Positions 44,142 to 54,954 of a stretch of DNA of 64,000 nt are shown one piece after another. The stretch is from an uncultured Dehalococcoidales bacterium (lineage in GTDB: Bacteria; Chloroflexota; Dehalococcoidia; Dehalococcoidales; GCA-2688105): contig CAZCLE010000001.1 in assembly GCA_964499445.1 (NCBI GenBank), positions 29,615 through 93,614 on the forward strand. Reading direction: 5' to 3'. Position numbers and translations under genes: made by a program. The notes under the pieces are model-generated. The model searched no databases and was not told the origin of the DNA. It saw nothing but the letters and a program-made list of their open reading frames with translations. Position 1 is the first letter of the stretch; each line of letters opens with the position of its first letter.

Positions 44142-44783
44142 ATGGGGGTAGGGCTAATAAATAGTCTTCAGAAACCAACCTTTACTGAAGAAAAACTGCT
44201 TGAGGCGCAGGGCTACCGGCTCATCGCTGGCATTGACGAGGCTGGGCGTGGTGCCCTGGCTGGTCCGGTGGCAGCCGCCGCCGTTATCCTACCCCACCCC
44301 CTAAAGGCTCCCTGGCTCAACCAGGTAAAAGACAGCAAGCAGTTGACCCCGACCCGACGCGAACTTTTGTTTCATAATATCCACGAAGTAGCTATCTCAA
44401 TAGGTATCGGCGTAGCTCACCACGACGTAATAGATGCTCAGGGTATAATCAGGGCGACACGGCTGGCGATGAAACTAGCCATAGACCGGCTGTCGCCACC
44501 GCCGGAATCTCTCCTCATAGACTATATGCTCCTCCCTGATGTTAACCTGCCTCAAAAAGGCATAACTAACGGTGATAGGCTATGCTTCTCAATTGCCTGT
44601 GCCTCCATCATAGCTAAAGTGGCTCGAGACCGCCTGATGGTAGAGCTTGACCAGATTTATCCCGGCTATGGATTGGCTCAACACAAGGGCTATGGCACCG
44701 AGGGGCATATGGCCTGTTTGCACCGACTGGGACCATCCTTCATCCACCGCCATTCATTCAAGCCAGTTAAGGACATGATTTAA
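44142..44783 (+). CDS. rnhB: Ribonuclease HII
   Basis: 213 aa. IAGIDEAGRGALAGPV, DSKQLT and ASIIAKV.RD motifs are present. The start is uncertain because the ATG lies right at the repeat edge. Confidence 0.85.
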   Translation: MGVGLINSLQKPTFTEEKLLEAQGYRLIAGIDEAGRGALAGPVAAAAVILPHPLKAPWLNQVKDSKQLTPTRRELLFHNIHEVAISIGIGVAHHDVIDAQGIIRATRLAMKLAIDRLSPPPESLLIDYMLLPDVNLPQKGITNGDRLCFSIACASIIAKVARDRLMVELDQIYPGYGLAQHKGYGTEGHMACLHRLGPSFIHRHSFKPVKDMI

Positions 44784-44810
44784 AGTCGTTTATGAAAGAG
44801 ATTTTTTATT

Positions 44811-44940
44811 AACCTCACCCCCTTAATCCCCCTCTCCTTCTCAAGGAGAGGGGGAAGAGACTTTAGAGAGGGGCGGAGCCCCTCTCTTACCTACACTCCC
44901 CCCTTCCCTTATTAAGGGAAGGGGGTCAGGGGGATAGGTT
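44811..44940. repeat. Complete 130-bp G-rich hairpin element (A-inverted, B, A)
   Basis: AACCTCACCCCCTTAATCCCC + CCCCCTCTCCTT/AAGGAGAGGGGG, then AGAGAGGGGC-GGA-GCCCCTCTCT (44865-44887), then CCCCCTTCCCTT-att-AAGGGAAGGGGG + TCAGGGGGATAGGTT. The termini are inverted repeats of each other. Confidence 0.75.
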
Positions 44941-44960
44941 GCTAAATGACCTCTTTGTGA

Positions 44961-45344
44961 TTGGAAGTTAATAGAGAAATGAAACGCAGAGATACCGGCA
45001 TCCTGGGTGAAAAACTAGCCAGGGATTTCATTAAAAAGCGGGGCTATCATATCCTGGAGACCAACTACCGCTGCCCTGAAGGTGAGATTGATATTGTCGC
45101 CAAGCATAAGGATTGCCTTGTCTTTGTTGAGGTAAGAACTAAAACAAGCCTGGAGTTTGGTAGTCCTGAAGAGTCAATCACCCCAACCAAGCAAGCCAGG
45201 ATGAGGGCTACCGCCGCCCATTACCGGCAAACCCATAATGACCTGCCTCCACAGTGGCGAATTGATGTCGTGGCCATAGAGCTGGACCAAAAGAGCAAGC
45301 TATCACGGATTGAACTCATTGAAAATGCCGTCGGCGACATATAA
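44961..45344 (+). CDS. yraN: YraN-family (UPF0102) endonuclease-like protein
   Basis: G..GE..A..F....GY.ILE.N.R...GEIDIVA......VFVEVR pattern. The likely true start is ATG 44979 (MKRRDTG). Confidence 0.8.
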   Translation: MEVNREMKRRDTGILGEKLARDFIKKRGYHILETNYRCPEGEIDIVAKHKDCLVFVEVRTKTSLEFGSPEESITPTKQARMRATAAHYRQTHNDLPPQWRIDVVAIELDQKSKLSRIELIENAVGDI

Positions 45345-45407
45345 AGATTCCCCAAGCTTTACTCCCTAACCTGGCTGTGCTAAAATTAGCCCTCGGGAAA
45401 TATAAGT

Positions 45408-46472
45408 ATGGCTTCATCAGAAGCAACATCAAAACAGACGCTGCGTATTATTGATGCCAATCTGAACCGCATTGGTGAAGGGCTTCGCCTTCTGGAAGAC
45501 CTGGCTCGCTTGCTACTTAATGATACCGCTCTAACTCAACAGCTAAAGACCATGCGCCATGAGCTGGTAACCAGCGACTGGCCATCCTACCAGCAGCTTC
45601 TTCAGGCCCGAAACTCAGCGGGTGATGTCGGCATCAATATTAAAGCCCCGGGGCAGGAAAAGCCGAGGGATTTACCTGTAATGGTAGCAGCTAACGCCAG
45701 GAGGGTTCAGGAGTCGCTGAGAACCATAGAAGAACTGGCCAAGCTTCCCGACACTAAACTAGACTCAGAAAAGTTCAAGCAAGCCCGGTTTAATCTCTAC
45801 ACCATAGAGCAAAGGTTGCTGTCCAAGCTAATGCGCCAGGACAAGTTAAAGCACCTACCCGGGCTTTATGTTATTATAGATACCCAAGCTCTAAAGGGTC
45901 GTAGTCATATTGAAGTAGCCAAGCAGGTAATCCAGGGCGGAGCTAAGACAATCCAATTGCGCGATAAACTCCATAACAAAAAGGAACTGCTACCCATAGC
46001 CCAGCAGCTTAGGAATCTATGCGCTGATAAGGGTGTGCTTTTTATAATAAATGACTACCTGGATTTAGCCCTGGCCACTGACGCTGACGGACTGCACCTG
46101 GGACAGAACGACCTGCCGATTAAAGCGGCTCGCCAGTTGCTGCCAATAGGTAAAATCCTGGGCGCCTCAACCACCAGTGCAGACCAGGCTACTACTGCTG
46201 AATCAGAAGGGGCTGACTATATTGCCGTGGGCTCAATATACCCCACTCCGTCTAAAGAAACGGCCAAGGTTATTGGCTTAGATGGGCTGTGCCAAATCAG
46301 GCAGGCGGTAACCCTACCCCTGGTGGCTATTGGCGGCATCACCCAGGATAATGCTGCTGAGGTTATGTCCGCCGGTGCTGACGCAGTAGCCGTAATCAGT
46401 GCTATCTTACAAGCCGAGTCTCCGGAAGAAGCCGCTCGACAAATAGTAGCCAGACTTGAACCTCAAAAATGA
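45408..46472 (+). CDS. thiE: Thiamine-phosphate synthase ThiE with an N-terminal extension of about 140 aa
   Basis: 354 aa. The C-terminal half LYVIID......IQLRDK...DGLHLGQ.D...G.S...........GADYIAVG.I..T.SK is canonical ThiE. The N-terminal RIIDANLNRIGEGLR block is of unknown role. Confidence 0.85.
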   Translation: MASSEATSKQTLRIIDANLNRIGEGLRLLEDLARLLLNDTALTQQLKTMRHELVTSDWPSYQQLLQARNSAGDVGINIKAPGQEKPRDLPVMVAANARRVQESLRTIEELAKLPDTKLDSEKFKQARFNLYTIEQRLLSKLMRQDKLKHLPGLYVIIDTQALKGRSHIEVAKQVIQGGAKTIQLRDKLHNKKELLPIAQQLRNLCADKGVLFIINDYLDLALATDADGLHLGQNDLPIKAARQLLPIGKILGASTTSADQATTAESEGADYIAVGSIYPTPSKETAKVIGLDGLCQIRQAVTLPLVAIGGITQDNAAEVMSAGADAVAVISAILQAESPEEAARQIVARLEPQK

Positions 46473-47122
46473 GTAGATTAACCGATAATTTAGATTCAAT
46501 TGCTGACCAGCTCCGACTGAACTTGTCAGCTCTAGACGCCGCTAGAGAAAAGACACTGCCCCTATGCCGCGAAGTAATTCGCCACTGTAGCCAGGCTATT
46601 CGGGCGGTGCACCGCCAGGAATTTGACCAGGCTAAAGAACTACTGGAGTCAGCCCACAACCTTCTTAATGAGGCAAAACAAGCCGTGACTGCCTATACCG
46701 AGCTTAGCCACGCTGGCTTTATCCGAGATGCTCAAAAGGAGTTTGCTGAAGGCAGTATCACCCTCGCCCTGGTAACCGGAAAACGACTCCCTTCCCCTGA
46801 TGAACTGGGCATTGATTCCGCAGCTTACTTGAACGGGTTGGGTGAAGCGGTAGGTGAGCTAAGGCGTTACCTTCTGGATAACATGAGAAAGGGAGACCTG
46901 TCCCGAGGTGAAGAACTACTAAGCGCTATGGATGACATTTATACTATTTTAGTTACTATGGACTTCCCTGACACCATAACCGGTGGTCTACGACGCACTA
47001 CCGATATGGTTCGTGGGGTACTAGAAAGGACTCGCAGTGACCTGACATTAGTTCTAAGGCAAAAGGATTTAGAGAATAGGTTAGAGAAATTTGGTGGGAA
47101 TCTTCAACAGAAAGGAGACTAA
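46469..47122 (+). CDS. Translin-family protein
   Basis: 217 aa, helical. AREKTL...R..I..C..AIRAVHR.EF..A..LL and YLNGLGEAVGELRRY resemble the bacterial/archaeal translin family. By-eye call. Confidence 0.6.
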   Translation: MSRLTDNLDSIADQLRLNLSALDAAREKTLPLCREVIRHCSQAIRAVHRQEFDQAKELLESAHNLLNEAKQAVTAYTELSHAGFIRDAQKEFAEGSITLALVTGKRLPSPDELGIDSAAYLNGLGEAVGELRRYLLDNMRKGDLSRGEELLSAMDDIYTILVTMDFPDTITGGLRRTTDMVRGVLERTRSDLTLVLRQKDLENRLEKFGGNLQQKGD

Positions 47123-47125
47123 ATA

Positions 47126-49180
47126 GTGATTCCAATAATAGTCGCGGTAATATGCGGGGCGCTGGGGTTGGTTCTGGCTGGCTTTATGGCTCGCTATGTA
47201 CTGAAGCAAGACCAAGGCTCAGAGAGAATAAGGGAGATATCAGCAGCTATCAAGGAGGGGGCTTTAGCCTTTCTGGGTCGAGAGTACAAGATACTGGGTA
47301 TCTTTGTGGTGGTGGTTGGTATTATCCTCGGCGTAATACCTATGCTTGGCTGGTGGGTAACAGTAGCCTTTGTTTTTGGTGCTGTCTGCTCAGGACTAGC
47401 CGGCTTTATCGGCATGAATATGGCTATCAGGTCTAATAGCCGAACCGCTGCAGCCGCCCAAAAGAGCCTGAATGATGGCTTGAAGGTCTCCTTCCGTGGC
47501 GGAACGGTAATGGGAATGTGCGTGGTTGGCATTGGTATCCTTGGACTGAGTATCATGTATTTTGCCTTCCACACCAGTCCTGACTTTTTGAAGATTATTC
47601 CCGGCTTTGGCTTCGGTGCCTCCTCGGTAGCCATATTCGCTAGAGTCGGAGGGGGTATCTTTACCAAGGCAGCCGACACCGGGGCCGATATAGTAGGTAA
47701 GGTTGAGAAGGGAATCCCCGAAGACGACCCCAGGAATGCTGCGGTTATCGCTGATTTCGTTGGCGACAATGTTGGTGATGTGGCTGGTATGGGTGCCGAC
47801 CTGTTTGAATCCTATGTTGACTCAATTATTGCTACTATGACATTAGGCATGATAGCCGCCTTCTCCATTACCATAGGTAAACCCCTGGTTCCCGATATGG
47901 CTACAGCCTGGTTTTTACCTATGATAGTAGCTGCTGGCGGTATCATCGCCTCTATTATCGGAGTCTTCCTGGTGAGGGTCGGTGAAAAGGCAGAGATGGG
48001 AGCTTTGCTCAATGCCCTGCGCCGGGGCACATTCTCAGCATCAATCCTCACAGCTATTTTTTCTTTCCTGGCAGTGTATTTTCTGTGCGGGATTCAAGGC
48101 TACGGCATTAATATATTTTGGGCAATCCTGGCTGGTCTGATTGCAGGCGTCCTGATTGGAGAAAGCACCAATTACTTCACCTCCTATGTCTACAGGCCAA
48201 CACTCAACATCTCGGAAGCATCTCAAACCGGAGCCGGGACACTTATAACCAGAGGGTTTGCCAATGGTCTGATGAGCACCATACCCCCTATCATTCTGGT
48301 GGTAATCGCCATTTTGGTGGCTCATCACTTCGCTGATATCTACGGTATTGCCATTGCCGGGGTTGGGATGTTGTCAACCCTAGGCATACAAGACGCTACC
48401 GATGCTTACGGGCCTGTAGCTGATAATGCCGGTGGCATTGTCGAGATGTCGGGGCTGCCACCGGAGATTAGGGAACGAACCGATGCCCTGGACTCGCTGG
48501 GCAACACCACTGCCGCTACCGGCAAGGGTTTTGCCATCGGTGCCGCTGCTCTTACCGCCCTCGCTTTACTACTATCCTACACCCAGGCAGTAGGCATTGA
48601 CATCACTAAACTTAACCTGATTAGTCCCCAGGTCATTTCCGGTATCTTTCTAGGGGCTATGCTACCCGCCGTCTTCTGTGCCATGACCATGAATGCAGTA
48701 GGCAAGACCAGCTTCACCATAATCAACGAGGTTCGCAGGCAGTTTCGCGAGATAAAGGGGCTGATGGAGGGTACCGCCCGGCCTGAATATGGGAAATGCG
48801 TGGATATCTGCACCACAGCCGCCATAAAGCAAATGATAGCCCCAGGCATAATCACGATACTTTCACCAGTTATTGTAGGTCTGGTACTGGGTCCACTAGC
48901 CCTTGCCGGGTTCTTAGTCGGGGCTATTGCCTGTGGTTTCATCCTAGCTATAACCTTTGCCAATGCCGGCGGCTCCTGGGATAACGCCAAGAAATGGATA
49001 GAAACCGGTGCCTTTGGTGGTAAAGGCTCAGATGCTCACAAAGCTGCCGTGGTGGGCGATACAGTGGGTGACCCGATGAAGGATACCTCAGGACCGTCGC
49101 TGAATATCATGATAAAGCTAATGTCCATAGTGGCTTTGGTTCTGGCACCAGTCCTGGTGAGCTTCCCCGGGCTGCTCTAG
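47126..49180 (+). CDS. hppA: Membrane-integral H+/Na+-translocating pyrophosphatase
   Basis: 684 aa, polytopic. [29 protein letters not shown] (here [20 protein letters not shown]) and [19 protein letters not shown] signatures are present. Confidence 0.95.
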   Translation: MIPIIVAVICGALGLVLAGFMARYVLKQDQGSERIREISAAIKEGALAFLGREYKILGIFVVVVGIILGVIPMLGWWVTVAFVFGAVCSGLAGFIGMNMAIRSNSRTAAAAQKSLNDGLKVSFRGGTVMGMCVVGIGILGLSIMYFAFHTSPDFLKIIPGFGFGASSVAIFARVGGGIFTKAADTGADIVGKVEKGIPEDDPRNAAVIADFVGDNVGDVAGMGADLFESYVDSIIATMTLGMIAAFSITIGKPLVPDMATAWFLPMIVAAGGIIASIIGVFLVRVGEKAEMGALLNALRRGTFSASILTAIFSFLAVYFLCGIQGYGINIFWAILAGLIAGVLIGESTNYFTSYVYRPTLNISEASQTGAGTLITRGFANGLMSTIPPIILVVIAILVAHHFADIYGIAIAGVGMLSTLGIQDATDAYGPVADNAGGIVEMSGLPPEIRERTDALDSLGNTTAATGKGFAIGAAALTALALLLSYTQAVGIDITKLNLISPQVISGIFLGAMLPAVFCAMTMNAVGKTSFTIINEVRRQFREIKGLMEGTARPEYGKCVDICTTAAIKQMIAPGIITILSPVIVGLVLGPLALAGFLVGAIACGFILAITFANAGGSWDNAKKWIETGAFGGKGSDAHKAAVVGDTVGDPMKDTSGPSLNIMIKLMSIVALVLAPVLVSFPGLL

Positions 49181-49809
49181 AGGCTGGGCTTATCGCCTAG
49201 GAAGGGATTGCCCTGGCGCTCGGCACCGATGGTGCTATCCGGACCGTGACCGGGGTAAACAATTGTGTCATCAGGCAGTACCATAAGCCGGCTGTGGATG
49301 CTATCCATTAGCTGGCTGTAGCTGCCGCCAGGCAAATCAGTTCTACCTATGCCATAATTGAATAGGGTATCCCCGGAGAAGACCACGCCATGCCCCAGCA
49401 GGCAAACACCTCCCCGGGAATGTCCCGGCGTATGCAGAACCGAAAAATGCAGGTCGCCAACGTCTAAGCTATCCCCGTCCTTAAGCAACCGGTCGGGAAG
49501 AGGTGGAGTGGGATAGGACAGACCAAATAATGCGCCCAACGAGTGGTCTTGGAGAAAATTGGCGTCATCACTATGAATCGCCACCTCGGCGTCGGTTGCC
49601 TCCTTAACCTCTTTTAGAGCGCCAATGTGGTCTAGGTGACCGTGGGTGAGGACGATAGACTTTATGTCAAGTCCCAAATCCTTAACACTGCTTAAAATCA
49701 CCTGAGCTTCATCAGCCGGGTCAATAATCATCCCTTCCTTTTTAGACTCAGAGCCCACAACATAGCAGTTAGTGGCAAATGGCCCTATTACCAGTTTCCT
49801 CACAATCAC
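49177..49809 (-). CDS. MBL-fold metallo-hydrolase (glyoxalase II-like)
   Basis: 210 aa. LTHGHLDHIG, HTPGHS and the later D/H ligands are present. Confidence 0.85.
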   Translation of the reverse strand: MIVRKLVIGPFATNCYVVGSESKKEGMIIDPADEAQVILSSVKDLGLDIKSIVLTHGHLDHIGALKEVKEATDAEVAIHSDDANFLQDHSLGALFGLSYPTPPLPDRLLKDGDSLDVGDLHFSVLHTPGHSRGGVCLLGHGVVFSGDTLFNYGIGRTDLPGGSYSQLMDSIHSRLMVLPDDTIVYPGHGPDSTIGAERQGNPFLGDKPSL

Positions 49810-49969
49810 TATACACTCCTTCTATTTGACACGAAGCTATATTCTATCATTTAGCCAGGCTAACCACAAGAATTAAGGGCGGTTATGAAGAGTAGTTTGA
49901 AGGAGGGTGAGGATTTAACCCTTTGACATCTACAGTCAAAGCTGGTAGCTTTTATATGTTAATAAATAG

Positions 49970-50590
49970 ATGACGATAATCATTATCATTTTAATTGTAC
50001 TCTTCTTACTTGGTTTAGGCGGTGGAGCCGTCGCCTGGTTTATTTTTAGACACCGGCAAGCGGTTAAAAGTAAAGAGCCGACAAAAGAAACCGCCAAGGG
50101 GGGCGCCCTACCCTTCCACTGGAACTACATCATAGCGCCGCTCGCCATTCTTATCCTGTCTATAATTCTGACTGCCTACTTCTACCACCTGCTTCCCCAG
50201 GAGGTAGCCTATCACTTCCAACCCGATGGCTCACCTGATAGGTGGCTCAGCCGTGGCGCCGCTATCGTCTGGGCGGTAGCACCACAACTGTTCCTCACCC
50301 TGCTGGCCGGCGCCATTACCTGGGGAATAACCCGACTGAGTAGGCTGTCCGGGCAGACCGAGGGTACCTGGATAAAACCGGAAAGAGTATTATCACTCAT
50401 GGGCAATATTATTGCCCTGCCCCAAATCGTTCTCTGCTTTGCAATGCTCGACATTTTCAGCTACAATTCCTATCAAATGAACCTTATGTCCGTCTGGGTA
50501 TTCGCCCTTATTATTATGGTATTGGGGGGTATTATTCTGGGCATATTCTTCATCCAAGCCATCCGGCGGGCTTGGGCAACCACTCGATAG
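49970..50590 (+). CDS. Integral membrane protein (about 5 TM segments), family unknown (DUF1648-like?)
   Basis: 206 aa with several long hydrophobic segments. No catalytic motif seen. Confidence 0.4.
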   Translation: MTIIIIILIVLFLLGLGGGAVAWFIFRHRQAVKSKEPTKETAKGGALPFHWNYIIAPLAILILSIILTAYFYHLLPQEVAYHFQPDGSPDRWLSRGAAIVWAVAPQLFLTLLAGAITWGITRLSRLSGQTEGTWIKPERVLSLMGNIIALPQIVLCFAMLDIFSYNSYQMNLMSVWVFALIIMVLGGIILGIFFIQAIRRAWATTR

Positions 50591-50615
50591 CACCGCCGAA
50601 TAACAGCGTTAAGGA

Positions 50616-52007
50616 GTGATAGTAGTGACCGAACCGACACCAACCAAGGTTAGTATGGAAAAGATTGTCTCCCTCTGCCAGCGGCGGGGTTTCATCTTTC
50701 CCAGCAGCGAAATCTACGGCGGTCTGTCCAGTTGCTGGGACTATGGGCCTCTAGGGGTGGAACTGAAGCAGAATATTAAGCAAGCCTGGTGGCAAACGGA
50801 GGTTCAACAGCGCGATGACATGGTGGGTGTGGACACCAGTATCCTGATGCACCCTCAGACCTGGGCCGCCAGCGGTCACCTTGAGGGGTTTTCCGACCCC
50901 CTGGTTGAGTGTAAGGGCTGCCACTTGAGATGGCGCGCCGATGAACTAAAGGGCGATAGTTGCCCTTCCTGCGGCGGTGAACTAACCGACCCCCGCCTGT
51001 TTAATTTAATGTTCAAAACCTTTATGGGACCTGTCGAAGAAGAAGCCAGTGTAGTTTACCTGCGTCCCGAGACAGCCCAGGGTATGTTCGTTAACTTCCA
51101 AAATGTGGTTAATACCACCAGAAAGAGGTTGCCCTTCGGCATCGCCCAGATAGGTAAGTCCTTCCGCAACGAGATTACCACCGGTAACTTTATCTTCCGC
51201 AGTCGGGAATTTGAGCAGATGGAAATCGAATACTTTGTCAAGCCCGGAACCGACAAGGAATGGTTTGACTACTGGCTGGAGGAACGTTTCAACTGGTATG
51301 TGAAGTTAGGCATCAATAAAGAAAACTTGAAGCTACGCCAGCACATGAAACACGAACTGGCTCACTACGCCCTAGCCTGCTATGACATTGATTACCTGTT
51401 CCCTATGGGCTGGTCTGAGCTGGAAGGGATTGCCAACCGCGGTGACTTCGACCTTACTCAACATGCCAAATATAGCGGCAAGAGCCTGGACTACTTTGAT
51501 GAAGAGACCAAAGAGCACATTATGCCTTATATCATCGAGCCATCAGCCGGGGTAGACCGCTCTGCCCTGGCTTTCCTCTGCGATGCCTACGATGAAGAAC
51601 CAGACAAAGAAGAGATAAGGGTGCTCCTCCACCTCCACCCCAGTATAGCTCCAATTAAGGTAGCCGTATTGCCCTTAAGCCGACGGGAGAATCTGGTTAA
51701 GGTAGCCAAACAGATATATGCCGACCTGCGCCAGTGCTGGATGACAAGCTATGACGACGCCCAGAGCATTGGTCGCCGCTACCGACGCCAGGATGAGATT
51801 GGCACTCCATTCTGTATCACCGTTGACTTCCAATCGCTTGAAGATGAGCAGGTCACCATCCGCGAACGCGACTCTATGAACCAGATACGAGTCCCGATTA
51901 ACGAGCTGAAGACAACGCTAACCGCCAAGCTCAGCGGTGAACCGCTATTCGTCCTGCCACCGGGCGGGCAGATATGGAAAGTTGAAAGAGAGGGGGATAA
52001 GCTATGA
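50616..52007 (+). CDS. glyQS: Glycine--tRNA ligase (dimeric class II, GlyQS type)
   Basis: 463 aa. [40 protein letters not shown] and [14 protein letters not shown] are present. The real start is perhaps Met14 (50655). Confidence 0.95.
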   Translation: MIVVTEPTPTKVSMEKIVSLCQRRGFIFPSSEIYGGLSSCWDYGPLGVELKQNIKQAWWQTEVQQRDDMVGVDTSILMHPQTWAASGHLEGFSDPLVECKGCHLRWRADELKGDSCPSCGGELTDPRLFNLMFKTFMGPVEEEASVVYLRPETAQGMFVNFQNVVNTTRKRLPFGIAQIGKSFRNEITTGNFIFRSREFEQMEIEYFVKPGTDKEWFDYWLEERFNWYVKLGINKENLKLRQHMKHELAHYALACYDIDYLFPMGWSELEGIANRGDFDLTQHAKYSGKSLDYFDEETKEHIMPYIIEPSAGVDRSALAFLCDAYDEEPDKEEIRVLLHLHPSIAPIKVAVLPLSRRENLVKVAKQIYADLRQCWMTSYDDAQSIGRRYRRQDEIGTPFCITVDFQSLEDEQVTIRERDSMNQIRVPINELKTTLTAKLSGEPLFVLPPGGQIWKVEREGDKL

Positions 52008-52144
52008 AGTTAGAAAGAGTTATTTACTGCGGGGATAACCTCTACTGGATGACCCGGCTTCCTGATGAGTTTGTTGACCTGTGTTATATTAGGAAGCCTC
52101 AAATATTTTATAAAAAAGTCTCAAAATCGAGTAAAAAGACTTGA
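52004..52144 (+). pseudogene. N-terminal stump of an N4/N6 DNA methyltransferase gene, start-stop coupled (ATGA) to glyQS
   Basis: My translation is [29 protein letters not shown], then unrelated AT-rich sequence and a stop. The pattern GDNL..M..LPD..VDL.YIDPP(F/Y) is the usual N-terminus of beta-class amino-MTases. The DPPF/Y motif itself is missing. Confidence 0.5.
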
Positions 52145-52169
52145 CAAAATACACGGAAGCGTGTATCAT
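52141..52169 (+). promoter_or_regulatory. Sigma-70-like promoter candidate for the methyltransferase, with a palindrome in the spacer
   Basis: TTGACA (52141-52146), a 17-nt spacer containing ACACG-gaag-CGTGT, then TATCAT (52164-52169). Confidence 0.4.
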
Positions 52170-52242
52170 TATCTAAATGTCCATATAATTTTAAGAAGAC
52201 AAGGCTATCAGCCATTCATACAAATATTGTATAATAAGAAAT

Positions 52243-53580
52243 ATGATAACAAAAGAAGCTAAACAAAAAGCCGAATCTCAAATATTAAATTACAGCGGTA
52301 GATATTCGAAAAGAATAGAGTTTAATAAAGACTACGAAAAACTAGTCACTTTCGCACCAACTAAAAAAATGGGCATATATAACTGGTTTTCGTATAAGGA
52401 AGCATTTTCTAACATACTGGTTTACAAGCTAATAGAGTTATTTGAACTGAATAGTGGCGATTATTTGCTAGACCCATTCTGTGGGATAGGTACTACTCTA
52501 CTAGCAGCTAAGGAAAAAGGCATAAATGCTTACGGTATAGATATACTACCTTTATGCACATTTGTTACACAGGTCAAGATGAATGTGTGCAACTATGATA
52601 CAGGAAAGATGAGAGAGTATCTTGATCAGATCTTAGATAGCGACTTAGTGATAGATAGGAGCTTAGTTTTACCTGATATTAAGATAATCACAAAGGCATT
52701 TGATTCAAGTGATGGATTCCTTGAAATCTTGTCTTTCAAACGACTGATAGAGAACGTAGTGGAAGACCAACTGTATCGGAATTTGTTTACGCTTGGATTG
52801 CTATCAATAGTCGGAGAGTTGAGCAATACTAAGAAAGATGGTGCATTTTTAAGACTGGTTCAACACAAGCAACATAAGGACACAAAATCTCTTTTCAGAG
52901 CACAGATTGCAAAATACATTCTGGATGTTGATAACCTTAGTTCTGGCTTATTTGAGAATGACTTGCTTAGGAGTAACGTAGACAATAAAGTCTTTTGCAT
53001 GGATTCAAGAGGAATAGAGTTAGATCGATGTTTTCACGCTGTAATCACATCTCCACCGTATTTGAATCGCTATGACTATACCCGTACCTATGCTTTGGAA
53101 CTAGCTACAGAGTTCGTAACTAGCTTTCAAGAGTTGAAGACGATTAGATATAATACAATACGGTCTCATGTGGAAGCAAAGTTCGGAAAGAGTCAATTCG
53201 TTAAGTCAGTTATTCTAAGAGAGTGTTTGGCGACTCTATCAAATAGACAACTCAATAATCCCCAAATCCCAGAGATGATTTCTGGTTACTTCGAAGATAT
53301 GTACTTAGTACTTAGAACAATAAAACAATACCTATATGTAAATGGTAAAGTAGCTTTTGTTGTCGGAACAGTAAGATATAGTGGAGTGAATATTCCTGTG
53401 GACATCATACTAGCTGATATTGGATCTCAATTAGGATTCAAACTAGAAAAAATTATCATAACAAGAGTAAAAGGGAATAGTCAACAACAACGAAGGCAGT
53501 ATGATGATGACCCAAGCAGAGAAAGCATAGTTATACTGTCTATGCCACAGGATTCCTTAAACACCTCAACTTCTCGATAA
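52243..53580 (+). CDS. DNA amino-methyltransferase (N4-C or N6-A), with motif I before motif IV
   Basis: 445 aa. Motif I is LLDPFCGIGTTLLAA (aa about 75). Motif IV is VITSPPYLNRYDY (aa about 270). Confidence 0.8.
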   Translation: MITKEAKQKAESQILNYSGRYSKRIEFNKDYEKLVTFAPTKKMGIYNWFSYKEAFSNILVYKLIELFELNSGDYLLDPFCGIGTTLLAAKEKGINAYGIDILPLCTFVTQVKMNVCNYDTGKMREYLDQILDSDLVIDRSLVLPDIKIITKAFDSSDGFLEILSFKRLIENVVEDQLYRNLFTLGLLSIVGELSNTKKDGAFLRLVQHKQHKDTKSLFRAQIAKYILDVDNLSSGLFENDLLRSNVDNKVFCMDSRGIELDRCFHAVITSPPYLNRYDYTRTYALELATEFVTSFQELKTIRYNTIRSHVEAKFGKSQFVKSVILRECLATLSNRQLNNPQIPEMISGYFEDMYLVLRTIKQYLYVNGKVAFVVGTVRYSGVNIPVDIILADIGSQLGFKLEKIIITRVKGNSQQQRRQYDDDPSRESIVILSMPQDSLNTSTSR

Positions 53581-54802
53581 TCTCAGTCAAAGCATTATTG
53601 TCAATGACTTCGAAATTTTTATTCACCAATTCATGCCCATTAAGTATATAATCAGCACCTGCTATTTGTAGAATGTGTACGTATTTAAGGGGATATTTCT
53701 TTGGAAAATTCCAGTAACCATCAAGTATATAGATGCTTATATAATCTTTGCGATTAGAAATAAGCCCATTGGTGTCATCAATTGTTGATCTGTACAGAAT
53801 TGACCTACCTATCTGTTCTCTAGCCCTACTAGGCAGTGCTTTTGACGTATTAGTTGGCCCTCCGGCAGAGGACTTACACTGGATATAGACCCTTTTCTTA
53901 TGATTATCAGAATATAACAAGAAGTCTTCAGTAAAGCGAGTTGTCGTAAAGCCCAAATCATGTAAGACGCTATGGTGCACGGCAACACTTCTACCAAGTC
54001 CACCCTTATACCATATATTATTACTTTCTAGTATCATCTCTGTGATAGCTTCTAATACATTAAAATAATTTCTCTCTTGCCAGACTTTTTCATATTGACC
54101 ACTCTTGATGTAATCCCAGAAAATACTATCGATACCAACCTCCCCCATTTTTCTCAGAATACTACTTTGTATCTGATTAGGATATTGAGGAGCCGTCTTT
54201 TCAGCAAGTCTCAGAATAACTTGTGAATAGAACTCTTGCCTCAAATTTCTGCTACATACCCTAGAATCTTGACCAAGCAATTTCACCTCTGTTAATAACT
54301 TTTGCTCGTTTATCCAGAAATGCTTATTATTCAATTGTGATTTAAGGGCCATTGACATCTCTTGTGAGAAGCTCTTCCTTTCCACGTAGACAACCTTATC
54401 GAAGAATAGCTCAAAAACCTTGAGTACGTAAGGCGCCCATTTACTAATGTCACCACCTACAACTAGCACTATCCTCCTTTCTGGTTTTCTCAGTTTAAAT
54501 AAGTATAGTTCCGCTAGTTTCTGGTGCAGCTTATTTTCATTACTATGTCCAGGAATACGAGGATTTGAATGCGTAACTGAGATAAAGGTTTCGTAACCAT
54601 TTATTTCATCTATCTTAAAATCTACCTCTATATCTGCTCTACTGATATCTAGATATCTTTCTTTAATACGATGATAATAGTGTATACCTTCATTATTTAA
54701 AAAGTTACTGACAGCTATTTCTGCCTTCTTACCCCTCACTTGAGTATCTACAAGGGCACGTCTGGCAGCCAAGTATTGATTGTTGAAAACGTTATTCATC
54801 AT
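53540..54802 (-). CDS. Putative cognate restriction endonuclease (context-based)
   Basis: 420 aa, AT-rich. It is convergent with the MTase gene and overlaps its 3' end by 41 nt. A possible PD-(D/E)xK-like stretch is DISRADIEVDFK. No family recognised. Confidence 0.45.
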   Translation of the reverse strand: MMNNVFNNQYLAARRALVDTQVRGKKAEIAVSNFLNNEGIHYYHRIKERYLDISRADIEVDFKIDEINGYETFISVTHSNPRIPGHSNENKLHQKLAELYLFKLRKPERRIVLVVGGDISKWAPYVLKVFELFFDKVVYVERKSFSQEMSMALKSQLNNKHFWINEQKLLTEVKLLGQDSRVCSRNLRQEFYSQVILRLAEKTAPQYPNQIQSSILRKMGEVGIDSIFWDYIKSGQYEKVWQERNYFNVLEAITEMILESNNIWYKGGLGRSVAVHHSVLHDLGFTTTRFTEDFLLYSDNHKKRVYIQCKSSAGGPTNTSKALPSRAREQIGRSILYRSTIDDTNGLISNRKDYISIYILDGYWNFPKKYPLKYVHILQIAGADYILNGHELVNKNFEVIDNNALTEIIEKLRCLRNPVA

Positions 54803-54930
54803 ATCGATCCCAATGAAACTCTAGTCTTTAAGCATGCTTCTGTCAAGACCACAGTAAATCACTCCTGCCCCGGTTGGATGTCTAACTCAGTCAGGAATGG
54901 TATAATATGGGTCGGATTATCTATTCCGCA

Positions 54931-54954
54931 GGGGGATAAAGGGGGATAGGGCTA
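54931..54954 (+). repeat. Tail-only copy of the A repeat module, abutting the sbcD start codon
   Basis: GGGGGATAAAGGGGGATAGGGCTA is followed by CCTAATGAAAATC. Compare GGGGATAAAGGGGATAGGGTTACCTAATAAAAATC at 32994-33028. Confidence 0.65.

Larger units (their letters stand above)
52090..54810. mobile_element. AT-rich restriction-modification islet (no recombinase gene)
   Basis: An abrupt drop in GC begins right after the truncated MTase stump. The islet contains a convergent MTase/endonuclease-like pair. GC returns near 54810. Confidence 0.45.

Noticed and set aside
44129-44160. TTGACA immediately after the repeat tail upstream of rnhB (and TTGCTA at 44939 upstream of yraN), considered as repeat-borne -35 boxes
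   Set aside because: I found no acceptable -10 hexamer at 16-19 nt in either case. Only the pdxS example (37524-37552) has a convincing partner, so I did not generalise.
47194-47769. 191-aa minus-strand ORF inside hppA. Similar long antisense ORFs occur at 37846-38334, 39265-39708, 29715-30134, 16441-16887, 48577-48990 and 61320-61781.
   Set aside because: All are antisense to genes with strong family motifs. They are rich in Ser/Pro/Ala/Arg, as expected for the reverse frames of GC-balanced genes.
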